IMG/VR virus record: IMGVR_UViG_3300025467_000014
Span: 1-64,000 of that record
Origin: an uncultured virus (IMG/VR IMGVR_UViG_3300025467_000014)
Lineage: Duplodnaviria; Heunggongvirae; Uroviricota; Caudoviricetes
Direction: 5' to 3' (one strand)
DNA: 64,000 bases
In this document: positions 34,635 through 45,532 of the stretch, piece after piece
Layout: each line of letters starts with the position of its first letter
Position numbering within the stretch: position 1 is the first letter of the stretch
Notes under the pieces: model-generated
What the model saw: only the letters and a program-made list of their open reading frames with translations
Database searches by the model: none
What the model was told of the DNA's origin: nothing
Made by a program: the position numbers and the translations under genes

Positions 34635-37600
34635 GTGGAACAGGATCCGTTAATAAACTTTCTATCTAATCTTTCCCAAAAGATTAATGTAGAGAAAGAG
34701 CACAAGGCCATTATGGAAGGACTTGAGGCTCCGGAAACTGTTACTCCTCTTGCTGTTACCTTAGCTAATTTACAAGAAAAAATTGCTAAACAAGTTCAGG
34801 CTCACCTTCCTTCTACTGAAGCTACTGTAGAACAACCAGTAATAGCTATAGAAGAGTCTGAAGAGATTTTAGAAGATAAAGACAATTTTGGTGATTTTTT
34901 AGGTAAATTAAAGGATATATTGGCAAACCCAAAAGATCCTACTGTCCCTGAAGTTAAAGTACCGATTGTAGAAGAGATTGAAGAAGAAATACCGGTAGAA
35001 GTACCAAAAGCTCCTATTGTTACTGCTACACCAAAGAACGATTATATTCAGGAACTGGAGAGACAATCTAAACCGCCTGCTGCTAAAAAAACAGCTAATG
35101 ATTATACATTAGAACTTGATAAACTTAGTACTGATATTATTAGCGAAACCGAACCTGTTAAAATGGAGAGTATTAAGAAACTTCTTGAGGAGTACATGGA
35201 GAAGTATCTTAAGAAGGCTGCTGTCATGGCTGAGTACGCAGGAGGTGGAGGCTCAGTAGCTCAACAATTTGCTAATGGCGGTACAATGAACGGTACCTTA
35301 AACGTCACTGGTCAATACCTCTCCGGTGGTGTAGATATTGCTACATTGTTCTCAACAGGGAGCGGTAGCGGTGGAAGCGGAAATGCAGCTGTTAATAGTG
35401 TAGTCATTTCAAGTTCTGCTAACTGGAATAATACCTATACAACCGTACAAGGCAATAGCGCTAGTTGGGGTGCAGGTGGTACACCGCAAACTCTTTCCTT
35501 CAACTCTAATACCGCGGCTTTATCTATTAGTAATGGTAACACAGTTAGTCTCTCGGCTTTAAGTGCAACAAGTACATCTGCCAATCTCGGTCAAATACCT
35601 ACATTAAGTGCTAACTGGAATAGTAGTTATACAACTTTAACAGCAAATAGTGCTAGCTGGAATAGTGTATATAGCTATGTAAATTCAACTTCTGCTACAA
35701 ATAATCCAGGCTATAATGCAACAACATTTAGTAAGTTATCTAGTCAAGCCTTTACGTATATCCCGTCTACATCGTCTGTCAATACAGTAATTGGTAATAA
35801 TATTTTATCCGGATATGGTATTGTTACACCTAATCAAAATCACCCTAACTATGGATATATTTGTAATTCGTCTATTTTAGGGGGATGTAATAATGCTCTT
35901 TATGCCGTTGGTACCGACGCTAACGATAGTGGATGTAGTGATGGAGCCGGGACATCTTGTATTACAAATTCTATAATTTTAGGTGGTGTACAAAATCAAA
36001 TTTGTAATACAGCATCTGGCTATTATAGTAGTGTTGCTTTTGGTAATAGTTATTCCAACGTTTATAATTCTGTTATTTTAACCGGTAATCAAAATTTAAT
36101 ACGAGCTACTAATTGTGGTTTACCTAATTCTTGTACAGGTAGCGCTACAATTTTAGGAGGTAGTAATAATACTATATCTAGTAGTTATGGCCGTGCATCT
36201 TGTAGTACAATTACTAATGGTGTTTCAGGGTATATTGGAGCAGCTTTATCGTTTATTGGTAATGGTTCATGTAATACTGTTAATAGTGGTTTAACATTTA
36301 TTGGTACAGGTTGTAATAATACTATTAACGGTGGTGGTACTTCTGCTTTATTAAATGGTATTTGTAACTCAATAACTGGTGCTGGTTTATTAATTGGTAA
36401 TGGTTGTGGTAATAATTTACAGGCAAATTATAGTACTATTTTAAATGGAACGTGTAATGTAAATTTTTGTAATTTCTCTAATGTATTAAATGGTTCACTA
36501 AATTGTGCAACTGCATTGAGTGTAGCAATTAATAACGGATTTTGTAATACTGCCAGTAGTCAATATTCTACTATTGTTAATGGTAAACAAAATACAGCTA
36601 CATATGGCTTAGGTCCATACCCTAGAATATTATTACATTTTGATTCATTTATCGGAATTGCTGATTCTTCAATATATGGGCTTACAGTCACTAATCCGAG
36701 TAATTTAACAGTAGGTGTATCAGGTAAATTTAATAATGGAATTTATTTTCCAGGATCAGCTTTCCTAGCTATTAATACAAACTCCCCAATAGGAACTGGT
36801 AATTTTTCAGTCGACTTATGGTTCAATAATAGTGGTAATAATACTGGATTTATACTTGGAAACTATACTACTGGTAGTGCTGGAAATCCTCGTATATACG
36901 TAAATAACGGAAATATAAGTTATCGCACAACATCTACTGGTAGTGATCTAATAATATCTAGCTTTACACCAAATGTTTGGAATCACGTTGCTTTAAGTCG
37001 AGTTAGTGGTACTACAACACTCTATTTAAATGGTGTTAGTGTTGGTACATATGCTGACAGTGCTAATTACAGTAATAACTGGAATTTTAGATTAGGTATA
37101 GGTAATTCTGGTGGAGGTAGTTTTTATACAGGCTATATTGATGAGGTAAGAGTGTTTAACGGTTATTCTCCTTATTCAGGTAATTTTACTCCTCCTACAG
37201 CTCCCTATTCGTTAGGTTCATCGAGTGTTCTCGGTGGTGTGTATAATAGCGTATATGGAGATAATTCTTCTATTATCGGTGGCACTAATAATACATTAAG
37301 TGCTAATAATTCATTTATCTTAGGATCTAATATTTTTGTTAGTGCTGTTAATAACTTTACATTTGTTAACAATATCTCTTCACAGGGATTAGTTTATGAT
37401 GGTACAGGTAATAGTAGTCAATGGAATAGTACATTTACAACGGTATCAGCTAATAGTGCTAATTGGAATACTGCTTATACATTAGCTACTGGATTAACCT
37501 CTCTAAGTAGTAATTGGCAATCAACCTATACAACTGTTAGTTCAAATAGTGCTAATTGGAATACTTCTTATACCCTGGTTCAAAATAATTCTGCAGGATG

Positions 37601-38168
37601 GAATAATCCATTAAGCGCTTACTCTTTTATTACCAATGGCAGTACATCTATTTTTAATCTTAGCACAACAGCGCCATTCACGAATGCTGCAGCGTATATT
37701 GTATCTCTAAATGGAGCTATTCAAACTCCTACTACAGACTTTACAATAACATATAGTGGAACGAATTATCTTAACCTTAATTTTACCCCTAGAGCTGGAG
37801 CTTTAATCGATGTCCAGGTTCTTGGTAATGGTGTTATAACAAACAGTAGTGTAGTAACGGTTAGTTCGAGTACCTATAACCCGTTATATGCTTACGTAAA
37901 TAGTAATTTCTCTGTCAATGTACCAACTGGTAATTATATGGTAGATACTACAACTTCTGGAGTTACTGGCGTATTACCTACAACACCGACCATTGGAACA
38001 GTAATTGGATTTATGGACCCCTATTATACCTGGGCTACTAATAATTTTACTCTATCTGCTTCTACTAACATAGAGAATCAAAATCAAACAGTTGCTATGA
38101 ATATTGCAGGTTTTTCTCTAAAAGCTATCTATGTTGGTGGTACATACGGATGGAGGCTTGTACAATAA
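34635..38168 (+). CDS. large fibre-like virion protein (acidic N-terminus, SANW and Gly/Cys repeats, LamG domain)
   Basis: LLHFD...FSVDLW...WNHVALSR...YIDEVR LamG pattern; SANW repeats; C-terminal TYGW. Confidence 0.8.
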   Translation: MEQDPLINFLSNLSQKINVEKEHKAIMEGLEAPETVTPLAVTLANLQEKIAKQVQAHLPSTEATVEQPVIAIEESEEILEDKDNFGDFLGKLKDILANPKDPTVPEVKVPIVEEIEEEIPVEVPKAPIVTATPKNDYIQELERQSKPPAAKKTANDYTLELDKLSTDIISETEPVKMESIKKLLEEYMEKYLKKAAVMAEYAGGGGSVAQQFANGGTMNGTLNVTGQYLSGGVDIATLFSTGSGSGGSGNAAVNSVVISSSANWNNTYTTVQGNSASWGAGGTPQTLSFNSNTAALSISNGNTVSLSALSATSTSANLGQIPTLSANWNSSYTTLTANSASWNSVYSYVNSTSATNNPGYNATTFSKLSSQAFTYIPSTSSVNTVIGNNILSGYGIVTPNQNHPNYGYICNSSILGGCNNALYAVGTDANDSGCSDGAGTSCITNSIILGGVQNQICNTASGYYSSVAFGNSYSNVYNSVILTGNQNLIRATNCGLPNSCTGSATILGGSNNTISSSYGRASCSTITNGVSGYIGAALSFIGNGSCNTVNSGLTFIGTGCNNTINGGGTSALLNGICNSITGAGLLIGNGCGNNLQANYSTILNGTCNVNFCNFSNVLNGSLNCATALSVAINNGFCNTASSQYSTIVNGKQNTATYGLGPYPRILLHFDSFIGIADSSIYGLTVTNPSNLTVGVSGKFNNGIYFPGSAFLAINTNSPIGTGNFSVDLWFNNSGNNTGFILGNYTTGSAGNPRIYVNNGNISYRTTSTGSDLIISSFTPNVWNHVALSRVSGTTTLYLNGVSVGTYADSANYSNNWNFRLGIGNSGGGSFYTGYIDEVRVFNGYSPYSGNFTPPTAPYSLGSSSVLGGVYNSVYGDNSSIIGGTNNTLSANNSFILGSNIFVSAVNNFTFVNNISSQGLVYDGTGNSSQWNSTFTTVSANSANWNTAYTLATGLTSLSSNWQSTYTTVSSNSANWNTSYTLVQNNSAGWNNPLSAYSFITNGSTSIFNLSTTAPFTNAAAYIVSLNGAIQTPTTDFTITYSGTNYLNLNFTPRAGALIDVQVLGNGVITNSSVVTVSSSTYNPLYAYVNSNFSVNVPTGNYMVDTTTSGVTGVLPTTPTIGTVIGFMDPYYTWATNNFTLSASTNIENQNQTVAMNIAGFSLKAIYVGGTYGWRLVQ

Positions 38169-38187
38169 CGAATAAATAAACACGACG

Positions 38188-39885
38188 ATGATCTACTTAA
38201 CCTCATTATTAAATCCGACTAGTAGTTACGTACTACCACAGCCCCTTTCGGTTACTACAACAAACCCTGTAACCTCATTAAGTGCTACGATAACAAATGC
38301 TGTTTCAACAATACCATCTGGTATTCAGTTAGTAAGTAACGCACCAGGTTATCAGCTTGATCAAACCGGTCGTGCAAGAACTGCTATACTCGGTCAACAA
38401 TGGTGGTATAATTCAACAACTGATAAGGATGGAGATTATCGAATGATTGAATCCTTTACGTCGACGGCAACTAGTATCTATGTTCAGAATTATGCTAGTA
38501 CATTGATGACATCAGGGACGGCAAATGGAGCTACAGCAATTAGAACAAGTCGTCGTAGACATAAACTACGTCCCGGTGTAGGTATGCAGTATTTTGGTAC
38601 CTGGTGCTGGGATGGTTATGATACAAATGTTGTAAAGCGTAAGGGTTGGTTTACTGGCTTTAATGGTTTCTTCTTTGAATTATCAGGCGGGGACATGAAC
38701 GCGGTTGTTCGTATGAGATTAATGGATGGATCTCTACTGGAAACAAGAGTACCAAGAAGTCAATTTAATGGTGATAAAATAGATGGTAATGGACCGAGTG
38801 GAGAGAACTGGAATTTACCTGCCTTATCTGCTTATACTACTAATACAATAACTCCAACAGTTACTGCTGTTTCCGTTGGTAGTACTACAGTTTGGAATGT
38901 ACGATATAGTGTAACAAATGCTGCTCAGGCTAGTGCCTTCCCTATTGGTTCTAAAGTTACTGTAAATGGATTTACTCCGTTTACGCTTAACGGACCTGCT
39001 ATTGTTCAGTCCTATAATACGGCTACTCCTTCTATTACTCTAACCTACCCATTAAGTGTTGGTAATTATAGTTCAGGGGCTAGTACTGGAAATATAATAC
39101 AAACTGCCTTCCACGGAACCCATACCTATTGGTTAGATATTATTGGTAATAGAACTAATCAAGTTCGTTTCGGTAAGGTAACCGATAAGGGTGAAGTCAT
39201 TCTACATACAATGGCCTTTGACGGTCAATTTGGTTCTCCTTATGCTAATGCTCCAGCAATGCCAGTTAGAAAAGAAATTTATAATACAGGAACTGTTAAT
39301 TATAACCCAACAATATCTATGTTCGGTTGTTCTATTAACGTTGAAGCAAATGTTGAGCTTAATCCTTATTTTTCTTCCGTATATAATAATACAATAATTA
39401 ACTGTAATTTAAACCAAGAAGTAGTTATTCTAGGAGTCGGTCAGAGATTTGGTGAACCATGGCAGAGAGGAGACATTCAGGTTCAGAGTATTGGTATTCA
39501 AGATACTGCTAATGGACCAGGCAAAAATTCGAGTCAATCACTCATCTTTTGGCGGCTCTTATTAAACCCAGGATTAAGTGGATTACCAACTCCTGTTAAT
39601 ACAGGTAAGTCAATTCAGTATTGGCCCTGTACTTCAACAACTGGACTAACAGGTAGTCAACCTAGTGGCTATGCTAATATGGGTGGAGGTTGGGAGTTAT
39701 TAACAGGATATGCATCATCAGGTGATACAATTAACGTTAATACTCAGTTAAACTTCCTTAACCTCGGATCTAATATTCAATATACAGATGCTGACAAGAT
39801 TTTCTTAACAGCTAAAATAATAGCAGCAGGTGGTGCAACTCCAGCAACTCTAGTTGGTAACATGAATGTCATTGAATCACTATAA
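38188..39885 (+). CDS. putative virion structural protein
   Basis: 565 aa; RRHKLRPG, G.F..FNGFFFE and QSQFNGDKIDG.GPSG-like motifs seen in phage structural proteins. Confidence 0.65.
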   Translation: MIYLTSLLNPTSSYVLPQPLSVTTTNPVTSLSATITNAVSTIPSGIQLVSNAPGYQLDQTGRARTAILGQQWWYNSTTDKDGDYRMIESFTSTATSIYVQNYASTLMTSGTANGATAIRTSRRRHKLRPGVGMQYFGTWCWDGYDTNVVKRKGWFTGFNGFFFELSGGDMNAVVRMRLMDGSLLETRVPRSQFNGDKIDGNGPSGENWNLPALSAYTTNTITPTVTAVSVGSTTVWNVRYSVTNAAQASAFPIGSKVTVNGFTPFTLNGPAIVQSYNTATPSITLTYPLSVGNYSSGASTGNIIQTAFHGTHTYWLDIIGNRTNQVRFGKVTDKGEVILHTMAFDGQFGSPYANAPAMPVRKEIYNTGTVNYNPTISMFGCSINVEANVELNPYFSSVYNNTIINCNLNQEVVILGVGQRFGEPWQRGDIQVQSIGIQDTANGPGKNSSQSLIFWRLLLNPGLSGLPTPVNTGKSIQYWPCTSTTGLTGSQPSGYANMGGGWELLTGYASSGDTINVNTQLNFLNLGSNIQYTDADKIFLTAKIIAAGGATPATLVGNMNVIESL

Positions 39886-39891
39886 AATAAA

Positions 39892-42800
39892 ATGCCAAAC
39901 TTAATTAATAGTTATTCTCTTTCTTCTGTAATTGGAATCGGTACCGATACTCCAAATCAGAATCTTACTGTTGTCGGTGGTATTAGTGGTAATGCTTTGG
40001 TTTATGATCAAACCGGAAACAGTAGTCAATGGAATAGTGTTTATACTAGTGTAAAAGCTAATTCCGGTTCTTATGCTACAACAAGCTATGTACAATCAAA
40101 TTACCTTAATTTAACTGGCGGTACAGTAAGAGGCAGTGTAACATTTACTGGGAATATCTCAGCACAAGGTAGCGCATATTTTGCCAACACTTTCTTTACA
40201 ACAACAAGTGCTTTGTGTGCTGTAGTTAACAGTCAGGGACCTGGTTTATACATTATACAAAAAGGATCTGGCGACATTGCTTCTTTCTATGATGGTAATA
40301 CCAATGGTGAAGTAATGCATATTGGTGCTTCATTAGGTTTACCTGGTGTTGGAATTTATACTTCAAATCCTGTTCCGGGTATTGCGTTAACTGTTAACGG
40401 TAGCATTTCATCAAATAAAGTAATATACGCAAGCGGTGGTAATAGTAATTTATGGAATAGTGCTTATAATTATGTAAATTCTACTTCAGCCACAAATAAT
40501 CCAACATATAACGCAACCACATTTAGTAAACTTTCTAGTCAAGCCTATACATTAATACCTTCTACATCTTCTATTTTACCAACTATTGGTAACAATCAAT
40601 CCATAGGTTCAGTTTGTTCTTATGTAGGTAGCGGTCAGAATAATAATATTTGCGCTACTAATACTTCTATATATGCTGGTGCTTGTAATTATAATGTATC
40701 AATTTTTTCCGGTTGTAATAATACTGTATTTGTATGTTCTCAAGGCGTTGGTCTAGATACAGGAGCTTGTATCTGTAATACTTTTATTGGTGGTGGTGTT
40801 GGTAATAGTGTTATTGCTAATACAGGTTATGATGATGGTCATATACAAAATAGCACAATTTTAAATGGATGTAACAATTCTATTTGCCAAAACGGATGGG
40901 ATGGGGGCGGTGCTGGTAGTATATGTACATCAACAATTGTTGGTGGAACGTGTAATGCTCTATCAGGATTTTGTATAACAGATTCTGTTATCGGTGGTGG
41001 TGTGCGTAATAGAATTATTTCCAGCTCTAATAGCAATTATCTCATAGAGGGTACTGTTATAGCTGGCGGTTATAATAATGTAGCTCTTGGATGCTATGTA
41101 AGTAATGCTGTAATTGGAGGTGGTTTAAATAACTGTAATTTAGGCAATTATGGTGTAATAGTAGGTGGTAATACTAATAAAATAACAAGCTGTTGTGGAG
41201 GTAATTTTATTGGTGGCGGTACATACAATACTGAAAGTGGATATAACGGAAGTAGTTTTATAGGTGGCGGGTATTGTAATACAACATCTGGTTATAGCGG
41301 AACCGACGTTATTGTCGGTGGTGCTCATAACACGTCATCAGCTTATAATGGTAATAATTTTATTGGTGCAGGTTATTGTAACTGTATTGACGGTACAAGT
41401 TCAGAATGTAATACTGGATCGTCGGTAATAGTTGGAGGAGGTAGCAATTATGTATTGGGTGCTAATAGCTCTATTGTAGGCGGTGCACATAACTCACTAA
41501 GTGCCAGCCAGGCATTTATTGGCGGTGGTTTTTATAACTGCGGATGTGGTGACTATTCTATAATCGGTGCCGGTAGTTACAATTGTATTAGTTTAGGTTC
41601 AACAGATAGTAGCTATGCTGCCTGTTTAATTGCTGCATTTATAGGATCCGGTAACTTAAATGTAATTTGCTCTTACAATTACGGTTATATTAATTCTCAT
41701 AGTTGTATAACAAACGCTTCTATTATAAACGGTTGCAGTAATACAATTAATACAGTAGGTTGTAGTAGTCAGTTCGGTTGCAATACGTGTGCAATAATTA
41801 ACAACACCGTAATTGGATCAGGTAATAGTAATTGTGTTACTGCCTGCTCGTATGATTGTGCGTCAGCAATAATAGATAATGTGGGTATTCTGAACGGGTA
41901 TGGTAATGTAGTTTGTATGACCGCAGATGGTATTAACGAAAATACCGGTGCTAGTACTTGTACTCAAAGTTCTCTTAAAGATTCCACTATCATAGGTGGA
42001 AGAAGTAATGTAATATCTAGTCGAGCTTGCATTAATGCTAATTTTGCTGGTATATCTGCATCTACTATTGTCGGTGGTTATAAGAATTGTATACAGAATT
42101 TCAATTCAACAAGTCCTCTTGGTTCTATGTCATTTATAGCAGGTGGTTGCTGTAATACAATTAGTGGTGCATGTAATGTGTTCGTGTTGGGATCAAATAT
42201 TAATGCACCTACAAATGATTACACATATACAAATAATATTTGCTCTGGTATTATTATTGGCTCTGATATATGTGTAACCGGAATTCCTGCGTGTAGTAAT
42301 CAATGGACTAGCGCGTATACAATGACAAAATCTAATAGCGCTAACTGGAATACAGCATATCAAACTGTTTCTACTATTCCTTATACATTAATCAATGCTA
42401 CAAGTTCCATACGACCAATAAGAGGTAATAATACAGCATCAGGTACATACTCATCTATCGCAGGTGGTGCTTATAACATATCTTCTGGATTAAGATCGTT
42501 TATTGCAGCAGGATCCGGTAATGATACAAAAGGATTTGCTAATACATTTATTCTTGGTACCGGGTTAAGTGCTACAGCTGCTAACTATACTTACGTTAAT
42601 AATATTTCATCACAAGGAGCAATAGCAGCTGCTGGTATAATAACATCTAATTATTCTGGAGCTACAGATTCATCCTTACTCTTTACAGGTAGAAATGATA
42701 AGGGTGGAGGAGGTGCAGGAAATTATTATAATGACTTTATTAGAGTAGTTGGTGGTAACGGTATAGCTAGTATGTACCTTAGAGCTAACTATACTGGTGG

Positions 42801-43413
42801 TATTGAGTTTCTTAATAGTCCCTATACAGCAACAACACTCACTGTATCTCAATCAGGTATGATTGGTCTCAAACAGACAACAGTACAGACTAATAATATT
42901 CCAAGTAATAATGCTATATCATTTAACGGTCATAGTTATATAAACGATGATGGTAATTTACATATTACGGCATCAGACGGTTCAATCTGGATTAATACAA
43001 ATAGTAGTAGTGATATTGTCTTAAATGGACAGAACTCTTCTGGAGGTGTACAGGCATTTGGTACCTTCCGAATGAATTCCGGTTACGGTTCTGTAGCTCC
43101 AGTTTATGGGGTACGAGCATGGATAAATTTTAGTGTTAATACATCTAATGGTGCTATAACGACGAATGGAAGCGGTAATTTAAGTGTATCTCGATCAGGT
43201 ACTGGTACCTATGTCTTTACGTTTGGTACAGCTATGCCAGATGCAAATTACAGTGTAACGGCAACAGCACAAACCCCAAATAGTAACTCTGACGTTGCTT
43301 GTAATATAGCTAATGGTGTATCACTGTCAACAACAGGATTCACTTTACAAACAGCGCGTTACGGTACAGGTAATGAAGACGCGACACTGGTGTGTGTACA
43401 GGTTGTAAGATAA
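39892..43413 (+). CDS. long tail fibre-like protein with Cys/Gly/Asn-rich repeats
   Basis: IGIGTDTP, many IGGGxxN repeats; C-terminal RAWINF...GTY..TF.TAMPDANY fibre tip domain. Confidence 0.8.
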   Translation: MPNLINSYSLSSVIGIGTDTPNQNLTVVGGISGNALVYDQTGNSSQWNSVYTSVKANSGSYATTSYVQSNYLNLTGGTVRGSVTFTGNISAQGSAYFANTFFTTTSALCAVVNSQGPGLYIIQKGSGDIASFYDGNTNGEVMHIGASLGLPGVGIYTSNPVPGIALTVNGSISSNKVIYASGGNSNLWNSAYNYVNSTSATNNPTYNATTFSKLSSQAYTLIPSTSSILPTIGNNQSIGSVCSYVGSGQNNNICATNTSIYAGACNYNVSIFSGCNNTVFVCSQGVGLDTGACICNTFIGGGVGNSVIANTGYDDGHIQNSTILNGCNNSICQNGWDGGGAGSICTSTIVGGTCNALSGFCITDSVIGGGVRNRIISSSNSNYLIEGTVIAGGYNNVALGCYVSNAVIGGGLNNCNLGNYGVIVGGNTNKITSCCGGNFIGGGTYNTESGYNGSSFIGGGYCNTTSGYSGTDVIVGGAHNTSSAYNGNNFIGAGYCNCIDGTSSECNTGSSVIVGGGSNYVLGANSSIVGGAHNSLSASQAFIGGGFYNCGCGDYSIIGAGSYNCISLGSTDSSYAACLIAAFIGSGNLNVICSYNYGYINSHSCITNASIINGCSNTINTVGCSSQFGCNTCAIINNTVIGSGNSNCVTACSYDCASAIIDNVGILNGYGNVVCMTADGINENTGASTCTQSSLKDSTIIGGRSNVISSRACINANFAGISASTIVGGYKNCIQNFNSTSPLGSMSFIAGGCCNTISGACNVFVLGSNINAPTNDYTYTNNICSGIIIGSDICVTGIPACSNQWTSAYTMTKSNSANWNTAYQTVSTIPYTLINATSSIRPIRGNNTASGTYSSIAGGAYNISSGLRSFIAAGSGNDTKGFANTFILGTGLSATAANYTYVNNISSQGAIAAAGIITSNYSGATDSSLLFTGRNDKGGGGAGNYYNDFIRVVGGNGIASMYLRANYTGGIEFLNSPYTATTLTVSQSGMIGLKQTTVQTNNIPSNNAISFNGHSYINDDGNLHITASDGSIWINTNSSSDIVLNGQNSSGGVQAFGTFRMNSGYGSVAPVYGVRAWINFSVNTSNGAITTNGSGNLSVSRSGTGTYVFTFGTAMPDANYSVTATAQTPNSNSDVACNIANGVSLSTTGFTLQTARYGTGNEDATLVCVQVVR

Positions 43414-43451
43414 TATCTTTTAATTTTAAAATTTTAATATAAATAAAATAT

Positions 43452-43691
43452 ATGGACATTATATTGCAGCCTGAACAAATTATAACTCTACCTGACCCTA
43501 TCGTAATACAAGCTATCAGAGATCAATTTATTCAAAAGAGAATTATTGCTAGAATTAAAGGTTTACCGCAAGCTGTTATTCTTTGGGATGGACCTGATCA
43601 ATATGCTGCTGCTGGAAATTGGACAAATGATACAGTTCTTGCTCAGGCTTCTGCAGTTCTTGCTCTTTCTTCTATTCCTTGGGCTATTTAG
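43452..43691 (+). CDS. small protein after the fibre gene (possible fibre assembly factor)
   Basis: LW.G..Y.AAG.WT motif; position directly after the fibre gene. Confidence 0.6.
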   Translation: MDIILQPEQIITLPDPIVIQAIRDQFIQKRIIARIKGLPQAVILWDGPDQYAAAGNWTNDTVLAQASAVLALSSIPWAI

Positions 43692-44502
43692 TATACCCGA
43701 ATCCCTGTTGATACCAAGCAAAATTATTATCTATCCAATCACATACCTGTTTTCCTAAAATTGTATTGTAGTCAGGTGTAAGAGGTTGAACAGATTGACG
43801 GATAGTATGAAGATCGGATGTTAAACCGTAAACAGAGTCATCTTCCTTAATTGACTGCTCAACATTATTAAAGTCGTGCTTAAAGGGATTCAATCCAAGA
43901 TATTGATAGATCTTATTCATCTCTCTTTCAGGATACGATGTAAGATCCTCAGCCCTAATATAAAGAACCTCCTTATTAATGCCTTCTAGCATTGTTTGCT
44001 GAAGACGTTCTAAAGCAAGACCTACTGGAGGCCCTGCAACCCATGCGTCAATACGTTTTGCCGTTGATGTTCCTCTCATCTCCGCGTGATTCTGTATAGC
44101 TTGATGGTGTTCTGGACTATTTCTATAAATCTTCTCCATCGAAGAAAATACACTTTTTAAATTTCTTACCATACAAATCATTTTTGGCTTATAAGGCATC
44201 ATATGCTCAAACCAACGGTAATGAATTGTACCACCTCTTGTCTTAATACAGAGATTAGGCTTATCTGAGTAACTATTAGCATACCCCTCTAATCCACCCC
44301 AGCAAAACCCTTTCCATGCCTTAGCAGCAATTTCTGGATCTATAGCTTTAACTTCCGGTGTACTTGTATAGTTCATTCTAGCTCCATACAAGTATTCTAA
44401 TACAGGGTCAGTTGGTGTAGCTGCAATTTCAGGATTTTGATTGAGAATACACTGCAGAAGTGTACTCATACTACGAGGCATAGAGGAGTTAAAGAATATC
44501 AT
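43684..44502 (-). CDS. sulfotransferase family protein
   Basis: SSMPRSMSTLL (5'-PAPS loop), MVRN...VFSS (3'-phosphate site), RAEDL..YP motifs; start at MIFFNSS. Confidence 0.85.
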   Translation of the reverse strand: MIFFNSSMPRSMSTLLQCILNQNPEIAATPTDPVLEYLYGARMNYTSTPEVKAIDPEIAAKAWKGFCWGGLEGYANSYSDKPNLCIKTRGGTIHYRWFEHMMPYKPKMICMVRNLKSVFSSMEKIYRNSPEHHQAIQNHAEMRGTSTAKRIDAWVAGPPVGLALERLQQTMLEGINKEVLYIRAEDLTSYPEREMNKIYQYLGLNPFKHDFNNVEQSIKEDDSVYGLTSDLHTIRQSVQPLTPDYNTILGKQVCDWIDNNFAWYQQGFGYTK

Positions 44503-44503
44503 A

Positions 44504-45445
44504 TTACATGGTAATTGTATTAACAGTTTTCGGCATATCAAATAATAATTCACCTGTTTTTGAACCTAATAGAGATTCAACAAACTGATCCTTATCAAAC
44601 ATCTTATTAATATTATCATATGGACATTCATGGAATCTACCACCAGTCCAGTCATCTGATTCAAGATAACTATCTATACGGTGACGGAAAGTCTCAGCTC
44701 CAGTAGCAACAATATTAGTATGAATATCGTGACCGAATACAACAGGTGAGTTAGAAATCCACCCTACTGTTGCTGACTTATTAAAAGCTGCTGCTGCATG
44801 CTGAGCAAAAGAATCAATACAAAGAAACTTATCAGAGAGAGCAATATAACAGAAAAGATTTCTAAAGCTATCTGTTATTTTAATTGTACCACCAATATCT
44901 GGTTGATTGTCTCTACGGATATGAAGAATCTTACTAAAATTACCGCGAACGGCATCAACAACTTCTTGAGCAAATACTGGTGGTAAATCTCTTGACCATG
45001 AATATGGATGACCCTGTTGCTCAGCACCTCCACTAGATTGAATGAGAAGAACAGGACCATCTTTCTGCATCTGTTGTTGAGCAAAGATAATTTCACGCTC
45101 TGTTAGGAAAATATTTGGCTTGTCATCAATACAAGGTATACCGAATGTATCACACCAAATACCAGCTAAGGACTTCCTCCGATAAAGTAAGTCTTCGGTA
45201 TGATAAGGCTCCATTCTAAAAATCTTTGTTTCCTTTTTATCAATATAGTCGTCGTAAAAATATGGTATATTGCCAAATTTATACACTCGGTAGATATTTG
45301 GATTATGAATGAATACCTCAGGGTACGCACATACTACAATAATTTTATGTTCAGGGTAGGCAGCTTTAATAGATTTAACTACAGCCGTACCTACAATATT
45401 TTTTCCACAACCACCGTCAATGTGAAAGATAGCAAATTTATCCAT
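44504..45445 (-). CDS. GT9-like (heptosyltransferase-type) glycosyltransferase
   Basis: GGCGKNIVGT...IK.AYP, F.HNPNI and CIDSFAQHAAAAF motifs. Confidence 0.75.
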   Translation of the reverse strand: MDKFAIFHIDGGCGKNIVGTAVVKSIKAAYPEHKIIVVCAYPEVFIHNPNIYRVYKFGNIPYFYDDYIDKKETKIFRMEPYHTEDLLYRRKSLAGIWCDTFGIPCIDDKPNIFLTEREIIFAQQQMQKDGPVLLIQSSGGAEQQGHPYSWSRDLPPVFAQEVVDAVRGNFSKILHIRRDNQPDIGGTIKITDSFRNLFCYIALSDKFLCIDSFAQHAAAAFNKSATVGWISNSPVVFGHDIHTNIVATGAETFRHRIDSYLESDDWTGGRFHECPYDNINKMFDKDQFVESLLGSKTGELLFDMPKTVNTITM

Positions 45446-45532
45446 ATCTTAAATTTAGACCGCTTTAATAGATAATCAATAGAGAAATTAAAAGAGTTGC
45501 ATATTCTTTTGCTTTAATCTATAACTAGAAAT

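Noticed and set aside
44503..44553. Tracked upstream start of the sulfotransferase (also the starts at 28629, 32479, 33699 and 51166)
   Set aside because: The extensions overlap the previous gene, a tRNA or a promoter; downstream ATGs fit domain starts and gene coupling better
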